Positions 47,299-57,753 of a stretch of 64,000 nt of DNA are shown here, piece by piece. The DNA lies in assembly GCA_013416795.1 (NCBI GenBank), contig RQSC01000028.1, positions 404,534 to 468,533 of the forward strand. Direction: 5' to 3'. Made by a program: the position numbers and the translations under genes. The notes beneath the pieces are model-generated. The model was not told where the DNA came from. It did no database searches and saw only the letters and a program-made list of their open reading frames with translations. Numbering within the stretch: position 1 is the stretch's first letter; the number at the start of each line of letters is the position of its first letter. This DNA is from Prasinococcaceae sp. CCMP 1430. Lineage: Eukaryota > Plantae > Prasinodermophyta.

Positions 47299-49197
47299 GG
47301 CGTCGGATCCTCAAAGGGGTGCCGCAGGGCGCGGTTGCGGGGGGCGCGCACCGCGCCCTGCGGCGCTGCATGCCTGTGGCGCACGCAGCTGCGCGTCTAC
47401 GCCCTGCGCCGCCAGCCGGCCCGCCGGCCAGCGCGCGCGCCAATGATCACCATCACCCGGGGAGCGAACAGAGACAGCCCTCCCCGGAATGCGGGATTTT
47501 TGACCGGGGACACCCCACCAAGACCCGGGTTCAAGCGGCGAATCCTCGAGCCATCCACCGTGGTCGCGGCGGACGAGCTCTGATTTTGGGGTTCGGGTTG
47601 TTTTGGGTTGCGCGGGCGCCGGCGGCGGCTGCCAGGCGGGCGGCGGCGGCTGCCGCCACAGCGCGCGCGCGGACGCAGGCGGTGGGGGAGGAGCGCCGCG
47701 CGCTGTGCTGGCCAGCAGGGTTTCGGATTGGATTGCGCTCCGCGAGGCGCAGGCTGGCTGCCAAAGTAAATGCATCCGCTGGCTGGCCGTCCGATCCGGC
47801 CGGTACCGACCGACCGCCAGGTGATTCGTCTGATGCACGTGGTGATGGCAGCATATGGCGGAATGGTGTGGTTGGTGCTCCGACCGACCGATCCTGGCGG
47901 GAGCGGATGTGGATTGGGTGGGGGGCGCAACCGCCGGAAGGGGTGTTGCAGCCGCGCGCGGCTCGTGTGCGTGCATGCATGAGCAGGCTGCGGATGGGCA
48001 AATGGCAATGCGGCGGGCTCTGGCTGGCTGGCTGGCGAGCGCCCTCCCCCCCCAAACCAACCAAGCCAGCGACCGCCACAATCGACCGACCGACCGACCG
48101 GGGGAGGATGGATGGTGTGCTCGGGGCAAGGTTGAGTTAGACCGGTAGCTGCTGGTGTTGATCGACGGGCCAAACCCTGCATCCGTCCGTGCAGAAGTGC
48201 TGCTGCGCGGTCCGCCAGGCTGGGCATGCTCGGGCGGGGGCACACGCTGCGCCAGCCCCCATCCCACACCCACCGCAGCGCGGGCGGGCCATGCGCGGGG
48301 CGGGCGGATTTCGGAGGACGCACCCGGGCGTTTGATGTGCGCGTCGCATGCGCGCTGCGTGAGGGGTGCGACGCGCGCGCGCGCGGGCACCGAGGATTTC
48401 GTTTCCGCCGGGCGGATGGCGGCCACACGTTCCCGATCGCGCAGGTGCCGGCCGGGGGGCGAACGTGGGGGCGGGCGCGCCCGCGGGCGCGCCCTCCCGA
48501 CGACCATCGAATGCGGGGCTCGCGAGCGGGAGCGCGCCGGAGCGTGCGCGCGTCGACACGCGGTTTTGGATCTGCTCTCAAGAATGCGACACTACGATCG
48601 ATCGAAGCACACACGCTGCGCACGCTATCTATTATGGGTCGGCCTGAATGAAATAGGGATTTCCCTGCCCGCGTTGAAGGTTGGGCGCCGCTCGCTCTCT
48701 GCTCTCTCGATACGCGCCCCGTCCGGGGTGGTGCCGGCTGGGCGGCCGGCGTGTGCATGACGACGCGATGCGCGTGTGCATCTTGCTTGTGCCTTTTGTA
48801 CTACCCGCTGGCTGGGCAACCGGGAGCGCTCGGTCCGACTTTTCCCGTCTTTACCCCGGTCTGCGAGAGGATCGTGATCGGACTCTTCGGCGGATGCCCC
48901 ACGACCCCATCTGCGCACGCCACCGCGCGCCCACAGATGGCCTCGGCCCGGCCGACTGATGGACGTAGGCAGCAGCCATCGTAAGGCCCTCGTCGTTCGT
49001 GCGCCGCACCCCCAGCCAGTGCACGCGCGCCGTGCGGTGCGCGGCGGGTGCGGCGGAGGGGCTGTTCGCGTGCGCTGGCTGTGCGCACCGAGTCACGTCT
49101 GTGCGCGCGTGCATCAGTGCGCGTGTGTGTGCGCGTGGCGGCGGCGGCGGGGTCGGCGGTGGGCTCGGAAGAGGGCTTGGCTGAGGACTGGGCGGGT

Positions 49198-49230
<33 letters not shown>
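49198..49230 (+). repeat. Poly-G tract (~33 nt) upstream of KASIII
   Basis: Homopolymer run; length may be unreliable. Confidence 0.9.
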
Positions 49231-49231
<1 letters not shown>

Positions 49232-49309
49232 GGGGGTGTGAGCGGAAGCGGGCGGACGGCGGAGCGGGCTCGGAGAGCGCGGGTGGCCAGGTTGTCGCAG
49301 CCGATCGCG

Positions 49310-50575
49310 ATGGCGGGGCGCATGGCGCGCGCGGCGCCGCTGGCTCGCACAACGGCGGTGACAAGCCGCGGTGGCGGCTGTGCACGTGGCAGGGGAGTGG
49401 CAGCGCGCGGCGTGTCGGTGCGGCGGCGCGCGGTCGCGCGCGCAACAGCGCACCTCGCGCCGGTGAAGCTGACGGGCGTGGGCTCGGCCGTCCCCGAGGT
49501 GGTGATGACCAACGACGAGCTCGGCGAGTTTCTCGACACCTCCGACGAGTGGATCCGTCCGCGCACCGGCATCGCGCAGCGGCGGCTCCTCGGCACGGGC
49601 GAGACGATGACCGCGCTCGCGGCGGACGCTGTCGCGCACGCTCTCGAGATGTCCGGCTTGGAGGCGCACGAGCTCGACATGATCGTGCTCTGCACGTCCA
49701 CGCCCGAGGACACATTTGGTGGCGCGGCGGCCGTGCAGGCGGCGGTTGGCGCGGGCAACGCGGTAGCGTACGACCTCACCGCCGCGTGCAGCGGCTTTGT
49801 GCTCGGTCTGGTCACAGCATGCAACCACATTCGCGTCGGCGGGCCCGTGCGTCGCGTCGCCGTCATCGGCGCCGACTCGTTGTCTCGCACGCTGGACTGG
49901 GATGACCGCAGCACGGCCATCCTCTTCGGCGACGGCTGCGGCGCTGTCATCGTCGAGCGCGCTGACGATGAGGACGCTGAGTGCGCGCTCCTCGGGTACG
50001 ACATGCGCTCGGACGGCACGGGCAGTGACAACCTCCATTGCCGGTACGCCGGCGACGTGCGGGACATTGGGGCGGGGGGGGTGAGCGTGCACAACAAGGG
50101 CGAGTACAACTATCTGGCGATGAACGGGCAGGAAGTCTTCAAGTTCGCTGTGCGCGCGGTGCCACAGGTGGTGAACGGGGCGCTTGAGATGGCAGGGATG
50201 GTGAGGGCGCGGGAGGGCAGGCGCGCCGCGCGAGCTTGCCTTGCGGATGCACGCGCCGATGGCCTCGCGGAGTGCCGCGCTGACAGCTGCTGCGTGCCCA
50301 CCCTCGCGCTCTCGCAGGACGCTGAGGAGATCGACTGGCTCGTGATGCACCAGGCGAATGCGCGCATTCTGGACTCGGCGGCGAAGAAGGTTGGCATTGA
50401 TCCCGCCAAGGTCGCAAGCAACCTGGCCAAGTACGGCAACACGTCAGCCGCGTCGGTGCCGTTGGTGCTGGACGAGTACGTACGTACGGGCAAGATCAAG
50501 CCGGGAGACGTGCTGGCGACTGCGGGCTTCGGGGCCGGGCTCACCTGGGCGTCCGCCCTGGTGCGGTGGGGTTGA
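49310..50575 (+). CDS. KASIII: Plastid beta-ketoacyl-ACP synthase III (FabH); exons 49310-50200, 50318-50575
   Basis: R/A-rich transit peptide, DTSDEWI..RTGI, AACSGF (Cys), TAILFGDG, HQAN (His), YGNTSAAS (Asn), GFGAGLTW. Confidence 0.96.
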   Translation: MAGRMARAAPLARTTAVTSRGGGCARGRGVAARGVSVRRRAVARATAHLAPVKLTGVGSAVPEVVMTNDELGEFLDTSDEWIRPRTGIAQRRLLGTGETMTALAADAVAHALEMSGLEAHELDMIVLCTSTPEDTFGGAAAVQAAVGAGNAVAYDLTAACSGFVLGLVTACNHIRVGGPVRRVAVIGADSLSRTLDWDDRSTAILFGDGCGAVIVERADDEDAECALLGYDMRSDGTGSDNLHCRYAGDVRDIGAGGVSVHNKGEYNYLAMNGQEVFKFAVRAVPQVVNGALEMAGMVRAREGRRAARACLADARADGLAECRADSCCVPTLALSQDAEEIDWLVMHQANARILDSAAKKVGIDPAKVASNLAKYGNTSAASVPLVLDEYVRTGKIKPGDVLATAGFGAGLTWASALVRWG

Positions 50576-50813
50576 TGATCATATTTTCACGTAAATGGGT
50601 ATCACCTACTCGCTCTTGCATGGCTGGGCTTGAACGCTCTCGCAGTGCGCGCCATCTTTGCTGCGCTGCTGCCCCTACCACCGCGAGCGCGCGCCTGCAT
50701 AATAGAAACGATAGATCGATGCCAAGTGGTGCGTGTGGCAACATGGTGCATGGGAAACAAGTGTACTCAGTGCGGTTCATGCGCAATCAATCAGTCACTG
50801 TACGGGGGTTGCA

Positions 50814-53446
50814 TCACTCGCACCAACGCTCGGCAGTGTCTTCCGGGCACGGCTCAGCATCGGCCGGGCATTGCGGCGGCGGGGGCCTGCCACCTGCCCA
50901 AGAAGACATGGGAAACCAATCACCACTCACGATGCGTGGTGCTGCCACGGCAGTTGCGGCAATCGTTGGGGTTCTCCAGGCTCTGTAGGCGAGGACGTCA
51001 CGGCACGACGCCGACGCCAGCGCCAGTGGCTCTGACGGCGGCCTGTGCCAGGGTGCATGTCCCGTCTGCCCGTGCCGGTGCTGCCGCAGCGGGAGAGACG
51101 GCAGCGGAGGTTCAGACTCGAGTGCAGACAACTCCGGTGCTTGCCACCGCCTCATGGTCGCCGCCGCCTGACGAATGACTTTTAACGACGGGGTGGGAGG
51201 CAGCGGCGTGATCTTCCCTCGATGCCAGCCAGCACACCCAGAGCTGTCTATGAGATGGCTCGTGCCTTGATCAGCGGTGGGGGAGAACGATAGGTACGCC
51301 GCGCACGCCTGCGGGCCCTTGTCGACAGGAGGTACGGCGGCAGTCCGCCCCGCGTCTGACGCATCGCCGAGGCACGGTGCCATCGGTATGTCCCTCGCGT
51401 CCCCGCCAATTCGCATGCCGCACACAAGATCAGCTCCTGCATGCATGCGCCTCGCCTGCTGCGGCGGCGGAGTCGAGGGGACGAGGCGCCGCGCCGCGCT
51501 ACGAGCGGCAAAGAGCTGCGCCTGCGGGGCAGGCAGCGGCGACATTGCCGTCGGCCCCAGGCCGAGACCAGCTAGTGCCTTCGAGTCCGCGCGTGCCCTG
51601 CGCGCGTGCCCGACGCTGCGGGCACTCGCCCTCGGAGCAATATTGCTGGCAGCGTGAGCACTCGCCGCGTTCCCGCTGTTGCCGCCGTGGAGCCGCCTAG
51701 GGCCCATCCGTTGGGAGCGCACGGTCGGGCCGAGCACGCACGCGGCATCCATGCTCCGATAATGAACGAGACCAGCACCCACATCCTGCCGGTCCCTTTA
51801 GTTGTGACACGGGCTCCTGGTGGCGGCCTTCGTAGAGGCCGTGTGCACTAGCGCCCGTATCTTCCGATGAATTGCTCGTCTTGGCCTTGATCCTCGACGC
51901 CTTGCTGGTCGTCGTTGCTTTGCCGCCCTTGCTGCGGCGTTTGGCCCCGTCGCTGCCAGGCTTGCCACCCTGCAAAGGAGTGGAGTGAGGGGAGAATGCA
52001 AAGCGTACGTCCACGTGTGGCCCCGGATCGCACGAGCCCAGCAAGCTGCGGTGTCAGCGAGTGCGCTCTGGTATCCTACGTTTGTTCCGACACGCACGCA
52101 CGACAACGGGTGACCTGTCGCACTACGTGGCGAAGGTTGCTTCACCTGTCAGAGAGATGGCGCAATATCCACTCACTGGATTTCTGTCATGCCAATCGGC
52201 AGCACGCAAGTGCGCGCGCTTGCGCTCGCGCGCGCCGTCCCTTCTTGATGCAGACGACATCGTGCCTGAACCAGCAGAGGCTGCCCTTGGGACACGCTCC
52301 CTTGTCGCGCATGTGCGTGCACACCTCGCGACCGACGCGCTCAGGGTAGGCATTGCCCAACGCTGACGAGTGCGAGCGTACCCACTCGAGACGATCGTCC
52401 TCGGTCTCCAGCCACTCGGCAGGCACACCTCTGCGCGCATTCGCCGCCGCACGGTTGCGTGCGCGAGCCGCGGACTCATTGGTGTCGCTCGCGCCGACGG
52501 GATCCCCCGTAGGATGGGACAATGACAGCCCTGCGCTCATTGCGGTCGTGAGCGAGGAGCCGCCTGCCCTTGTGCCAGGCTTGTGGTGCCAATGCGGTGG
52601 CCACCAGAGCCGTCCAGGAGGGCGTTCTACGCGACGTCGGGGGGCACGCTGCCTATGCTGCCAGGCGCAAGAGGTGCGCACCCAGGCCCCGCCGCGCGCG
52701 CGCGGTGTGGCCGCACAGGGGATGGCGAGCGCAATGCTAGCTACTCGGCAGGGCACGGCCGTGCCGTCGCCCGGCGACGGACGCAGTCGCTGCGAAAGCG
52801 AAACATCGAAACACTCCGAATGTCATACGCAGCGGCATGCGTCTCGTGCACGTGCGTTTGCACGAGCGCGCGGCGACGACGCCTCCGGCGCCCAAGAGGA
52901 GTTTTGCTGGTAGAAACACTCATCAATCAATCAATGCATCGATCACATGCGCGTGCGCGAGCTCGATCGCAGCACACGCAATCATTGGGCGAGAGTGCGC
53001 CGAGAGACGGGGTCCATGTCAACATCACGTGGGACGCGGTCGAGATGACGTTTCGCGAGGTGCCGATGGGGCCGCCGTGCGGGGCCGCCGCCGCCGCAGA
53101 TACGCCCGCTGCGTGCTGTGCTGATGCAGATCGCGCCCGAGAAATTCGGTGGCCTCCCATTGCACCTGTAGAAGACGTCATGTTTCGATGGTTTGAGGCC
53201 GCGAGTCGTGCGGCATCCCAGCGGCGCACAAAGAGTTGCGCTCCCGGCCGGAGGCGCAGAGGGCACGGAAGGGTGGGATGCGGCGCGGCACGGGCCCGCC
53301 CCTGGCGAGAACTTCGGCCGTCCGTTTCCGCTGGCACTCAGGGCAAAGTTGGCCGCAGAGGAGGTCACACCATCACACGGCGCAGCGAGCTGCTGCGCGG
53401 ACGAGCAGTCCGTGGGCACCTCCGCGGGTGGCACCAGCACACCCAT
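50814..53446 (-). CDS. Putative multi-exon gene(s) including a CCCH zinc finger; exon structure unresolved
   Basis: CTHMRDKGACPKGSLCWFRH (C-x7-C-x5-C-x3-H) at ~52255-52320; protein-like segments at 53446-52982, ~51972-51760 and 51500-50814 with plausible acceptors. Confidence 0.4.
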
Positions 53447-53673
53447 CACTGCTACACTGTGTCGTACGAGTGCGCTCGCACGTCATGCGCGCCCGCTCAG
53501 CTGTTCGGTATTTCATATCGATACAAATTCGAACATTTACATACCTCGAGGTACTGCTTCGGACGCGCATGTGTGCACGCCGTAGCGCGTCCGCACGTGC
53601 AAGCGTGGCAAACGGCCGCGCCGTTGCGCGCACCCCGGGCGCACTGGCCACGCCCAGCAGGTTCGCGGGGTGC

Positions 53674-55329
53674 TCAGCCACCCTTGCCAGGAAGGACGAG
53701 GTCGATGCTGTGCCATGAGTTGGTCAACAAGCCGCGCATGTTCCACACATCTGCCGCCGTAGATGGCTGGGTGTTGTGTTCGTCGTCGAGCGCGCGCACC
53801 CGAAGGCGCAACGGCGTCGCCTCGCCACCCGCCGCCCGCTGCGCCGACTCGGGGATCGGTACGCTCGCCTTCCATAGAGTCCACGCGTATGTGCGCCCCG
53901 CGCTCTTCTGGGGCCGGTCCAGCTCGGCCTGTGTCCAGTTCTCGCCATCGAAGGATACGTCCACTCGCAGGATGCCTCTACCACCGCCAGCGAAGGCGTA
54001 GCCCGCGCACGCGACCTCGCCGTCGCGTGGGCTCACCGTCGCCCCGGGTACGGGCGAGGTGATCGCGCTCTGCAAGGGCGTGTCCTGAATAGGGATTGCG
54101 TGCTTCGCGCCCTGGGCGAGGTTGTCGAAGGAGGTGTTCGGCGGGTAGATCTTGTAGTCCTGCCGTTGCCAGAAGGACTCAGATTCTTCGTCCGCGACCT
54201 CGAGAGAGGCGACCCACTTGACAGAGCGTGCACCCGTCACGCCGGGCACGATCACGCGCACCGGTGCGCCGTGATCGCGCGGCATGGGCTCACCGTTCAT
54301 CTCGTACGCCAGCACGGCCGAGCCGTCACGCAGAGCGCGCCGGGCGGGCACCGAGCTGCCGTATGGGTCGCCTGAAGGGTCGAGATCCATTCCCTCGAAG
54401 CGCACGTGCGCCTCTCCTTCGCCGGTCGCGAGCGCCTCGACATCGATCCCCGCGGCCTCCAGCACGTCGCGCAGGCGCGCGCCGCCCCACACCGCGTTCG
54501 AGATGGCACCCACGCCCCAGTTGATGCCCTTGGTGGGCTTCACCTCGTTCGCCGAGGAGCGGCGGTTGCCCGTGCATTGCATCGTCGCCTCCACTTCCAC
54601 CTTAGGAAACTTCTTGAGGTCGTCCAGAGACAGCTCGAGCGTCCCGGAGCTTGCACCAGCTCGCGTGTCGCCCACGCTGAGCACGTAGTCCTTCTCATCC
54701 ACCAGGGGCACCGGCATGTGGTGACGAATGAAGAAGAGCGGGATGGGCGTGATGCGTGCGTCAGCCAGCGTCGCCGCAGGCGACTCGGCATTGAATGGCT
54801 TCGGTGACTGCACGACCAGCGCCGGGTGGCGCGGCGGGTCCTCCGCGTATGGGTCGTCGATGTCGGCGATGGCCGCGGCCGCGGCCGCGTCCTGCCGCAG
54901 GTTTCCAATCCGTAGCGTCTCGAGCAACTGGAGCGTCGCCAGCTTGCCGTGAGGCTCGGCGAAGAGCGCCCAGAACGGCTCGAGTGCTCCGCCGGCTGCG
55001 AGCATGATCTTCTCCGAGCCGCCGGGGTGGCCCTTCGCGAACTCGGTTATGTCATACACTCCCTGGCCGTACGAGACCCACACGCCTGACTTTGGCTCTG
55101 AGTGCGTCGACACATCGGCGGCGGTGTACTCGGGCAAGTCCTCGCGGCGAGAGGCGTATCCGGGCGCAGCCGACGCGGGATGCGCGTCGCAAGGCGCCGC
55201 GCCGGCGTCCGCCCTCAGGACTGCGCCTCTTGCTCGGAGCGCGTCGAATGCGAGCGGCGCGTGCCCCGACGCCCACGCTGCGAGGCCAGCTCCCACAGCG
55301 GCAGCAGCCGCCGCACCGAGCGCCGCCAT
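53674..55329 (-). CDS. SUOX: Sulfite oxidase with cytochrome b5 heme domain (animal-type architecture), intronless
   Basis: N-terminal targeting/TM segment, b5 domain (VYDIT...HPGG...FW...H), PFNAE, MQCTGNRR (Mo-ligand Cys), HGAPVRVIVPG, dimerisation domain (YAFAGGGR, AWTLW). Confidence 0.93.
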   Translation of the reverse strand: MAALGAAAAAAVGAGLAAWASGHAPLAFDALRARGAVLRADAGAAPCDAHPASAAPGYASRREDLPEYTAADVSTHSEPKSGVWVSYGQGVYDITEFAKGHPGGSEKIMLAAGGALEPFWALFAEPHGKLATLQLLETLRIGNLRQDAAAAAAIADIDDPYAEDPPRHPALVVQSPKPFNAESPAATLADARITPIPLFFIRHHMPVPLVDEKDYVLSVGDTRAGASSGTLELSLDDLKKFPKVEVEATMQCTGNRRSSANEVKPTKGINWGVGAISNAVWGGARLRDVLEAAGIDVEALATGEGEAHVRFEGMDLDPSGDPYGSSVPARRALRDGSAVLAYEMNGEPMPRDHGAPVRVIVPGVTGARSVKWVASLEVADEESESFWQRQDYKIYPPNTSFDNLAQGAKHAIPIQDTPLQSAITSPVPGATVSPRDGEVACAGYAFAGGGRGILRVDVSFDGENWTQAELDRPQKSAGRTYAWTLWKASVPIPESAQRAAGGEATPLRLRVRALDDEHNTQPSTAADVWNMRGLLTNSWHSIDLVLPGKGG

Positions 55330-56064
55330 CGCCACCTCGGCCTAGACACCCTTCGAGCGCAGCTGGTTGGGGGCGGGAAGGGGGGAGGGAAGGGGGGGGG
55401 AGTCGAGCGTTATCCGCTCGCCCTCTGCCGCCGCGCAGCCCGCGCGCGCGCACTCGCGCCCCACATCAAACCACATCCCACGCGGCGCTCATTGCACGAT
55501 AGGGTTTACAAAATTACCCCAACTCCTCAACCCTAACATCTATGCGCGCGCGCGCGCCCTGGCGCGTGCGCACTCGGGGCGCTTTTTTTTTTTTTTTTGA
55601 TGGGATGCATGGCGGCGCGCCCGCGCCGGCCGAGGCGGTTTGCAGTGCGACGGGCGCGTTTTTTTTTCTTTTCCTTTTTCCATGCGATGGCCGGGCGCTC
55701 ACGCATCCGCGTCCCGCCTTTCTTTCCATCCCCGCACTTCAGCCCCTTTGTTCGCCTTCGTACGACCCGAAATGACGGAGGAGGCTATTTCAACCGGCTC
55801 CCCCCCCTTTTTTAAAAAATTTGCCGCCAAAAACCGGCGTCGCCCGGCCGGCGGCCGGGGCCGGCGGCCCTGCGGCGGGGGGCGCGGGGCAGCGCGCGTG
55901 CGGTTTGACGTACGAGCACGGCGCTGATAAGCTCGCCCGTGGGTATATTTAACATCACTTTCAGAGTATTTGTGGTTGTTGGATGTATTTTGATGGTGCG
56001 TACCCAATCCGCGCGGCGATTGCACCGCGCGCGCCGGCGCGCGGGCCCGACTCCGGCCGCACGC

Positions 56065-57657
56065 ATGACGCAGCGCACGGACGTGGCGCTGGCGTCGCTG
56101 GCGGAGGCGTCTCGCGAGGCGTTGCTGGACCTACTGGCCGAGAACGCCGACTCGGTTGCCGTCGAGGAGCTTGCGGACGGAGATGCAGCCACGAAAGTTC
56201 CCACGGAGGCCACCGACGGCGCGCCGGCGCCGCGCGGCGAGGACGTCGACGCTGACGAGGAGTACTCCGACGCGAGCGGGTACATCCTCGAGGAGAGCGA
56301 CGAAGAAAGCGTCGTGGATATGGCGCAGCCGCAGGAGGATGCGGGCGCGGGCGTGCAGCAGCAGGAGAGGAATGGCCCAGACGAGGGCACAGAGGCGCCC
56401 GCAGCTGCGGTAGATGGCGCGGAGCGCTCCCTGGCGGCCGTGTGCGGCTACAAGGGCGTGGTGCCAGTGCCGGGCGTGAGGCCGGTGCCCACTCCCGCCG
56501 CTGTCGGACGCGGCAAAGGAAGCAAGCCGCGCCAGCTCGAGTCGGACTCGCGGCTTCTCGCTCCCACCCTGAGCGCGAAGATTAGGGCGCAAGAAAACAC
56601 GAGGGGCGGCGCACGTGGCGACGGCACGGACGCCGCAGCAGCCACGCTGGTCGCGCTCACGCTCGAGGGCGCCAGCGAGGCTTCGGAGGGTAGCATCAAG
56701 CTGCCAGCGCTCGCACAACGCGTGCTCGACCGCCACCCCACCCTTGTGGCTCGACTGAGCGCGTCCGCCGCTGCTACCGCGCGCAAGCGTCCCTCTGCAT
56801 GGGCAATTCGCGCGGCCGAGGACTTGTACGACGACCGCTACGCCGCGGAGGTTGCCGACCTCGAGGGTGCGGGTGCGGCAGCAGCGCGCTCGGCGTCCGA
56901 GGCCGGGGCAGTCAGCTCCGCGCCCATGGTTGCGTTCGTGAGGCGGCGCGCCAAGAAGGCCTTCGGCGTCCGCGCGCTGTGGGAGCGCCACGTGTGGGAG
57001 CTCGCGCTCAGCATGGAAACCCTCGCGAATGGTCCGCCGGGTGCCGAGGCAGACGCAGCCTCGCTGTTCTTTCAACTGTGGCACCCCGACACGCCGCGCG
57101 AGGCAATCACGTTCTTCCTGTTCGCCAGGCAGCACCTGCTGCGCACGCTGAGCCGCGCGGTGTCGCCCGTGCGCACTCGTCCTGCCAGCGGAGGCGCACG
57201 CACGGGGGCATCGGGTGTTCCGGTGGCGCAGGGCGGGGGTGCGGCGCTGCTGCTCGCGCGGCCATCGTTGCGCTCCGAGGTTGCGGAGGGCGTCGTGGCT
57301 GCTTCGATGGGCTCCGCTCCCAGGCTCATGCGGGTGGTCATGCGATTGGTCAAGGGCAGCAGCGACCAGCCACGCGGCTACGCCGGTGGCAACCGTGGCG
57401 GGTACATGGGTAGCCACACGTTGCTGCGTCTGATGGTGTCAGCCTTTTTGGGCGTCGAGCCAGTGCACGGCCCCAGTGACGAGGCTAAAGCGGAGGAGGC
57501 ATCGCCCAGCGCGTCCTCGCAGGGGCGTCATGAGACTGACGCGGCCGCGCACGCCGAGGGTGGGAACATTTCGCAGCACGAGACGGTGATGGGCGCAGTC
57601 TCGACTCAGGCCGGTGCCGTGCTCAAGGCGCTCGGCAATTGGGCGGTTGAAGCCTAG
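56065..57657 (+). CDS. Hypothetical protein, intronless
   Basis: 530-aa ORF with host-like codon bias, acidic N-terminus and helical core (FVRRRAKKAFGVRALWERHVWEL...AITFFLFAR); family not recognised. Confidence 0.65.
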   Translation: MTQRTDVALASLAEASREALLDLLAENADSVAVEELADGDAATKVPTEATDGAPAPRGEDVDADEEYSDASGYILEESDEESVVDMAQPQEDAGAGVQQQERNGPDEGTEAPAAAVDGAERSLAAVCGYKGVVPVPGVRPVPTPAAVGRGKGSKPRQLESDSRLLAPTLSAKIRAQENTRGGARGDGTDAAAATLVALTLEGASEASEGSIKLPALAQRVLDRHPTLVARLSASAAATARKRPSAWAIRAAEDLYDDRYAAEVADLEGAGAAAARSASEAGAVSSAPMVAFVRRRAKKAFGVRALWERHVWELALSMETLANGPPGAEADAASLFFQLWHPDTPREAITFFLFARQHLLRTLSRAVSPVRTRPASGGARTGASGVPVAQGGGAALLLARPSLRSEVAEGVVAASMGSAPRLMRVVMRLVKGSSDQPRGYAGGNRGGYMGSHTLLRLMVSAFLGVEPVHGPSDEAKAEEASPSASSQGRHETDAAAHAEGGNISQHETVMGAVSTQAGAVLKALGNWAVEA

Positions 57658-57753
57658 GAGCAAACCAGCGAGCGCGCCACGTCGCGTATAAATCGTCGTG
57701 CAATTAGTCCGATAGAGCGCCCCGGGCGGGACACAGGCATTGCGCACGCGCGG

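Noticed and set aside
44948-47327. CGCAG at both ends of the foreign block as a target-site duplication
   Set aside because: The 5-mer is very common here, junctions are ambiguous, and the block lacks TG...CA termini. Kept only as a hypothesis.
47450-48230. Hypothetical minus-strand gene (MPSLADRAA...|ELVRRDHGGWLEDS) splicing into the trbL fragment
   Set aside because: Phases can be made to fit, but splice signals are weak and there is no homology; too speculative without RNA data.
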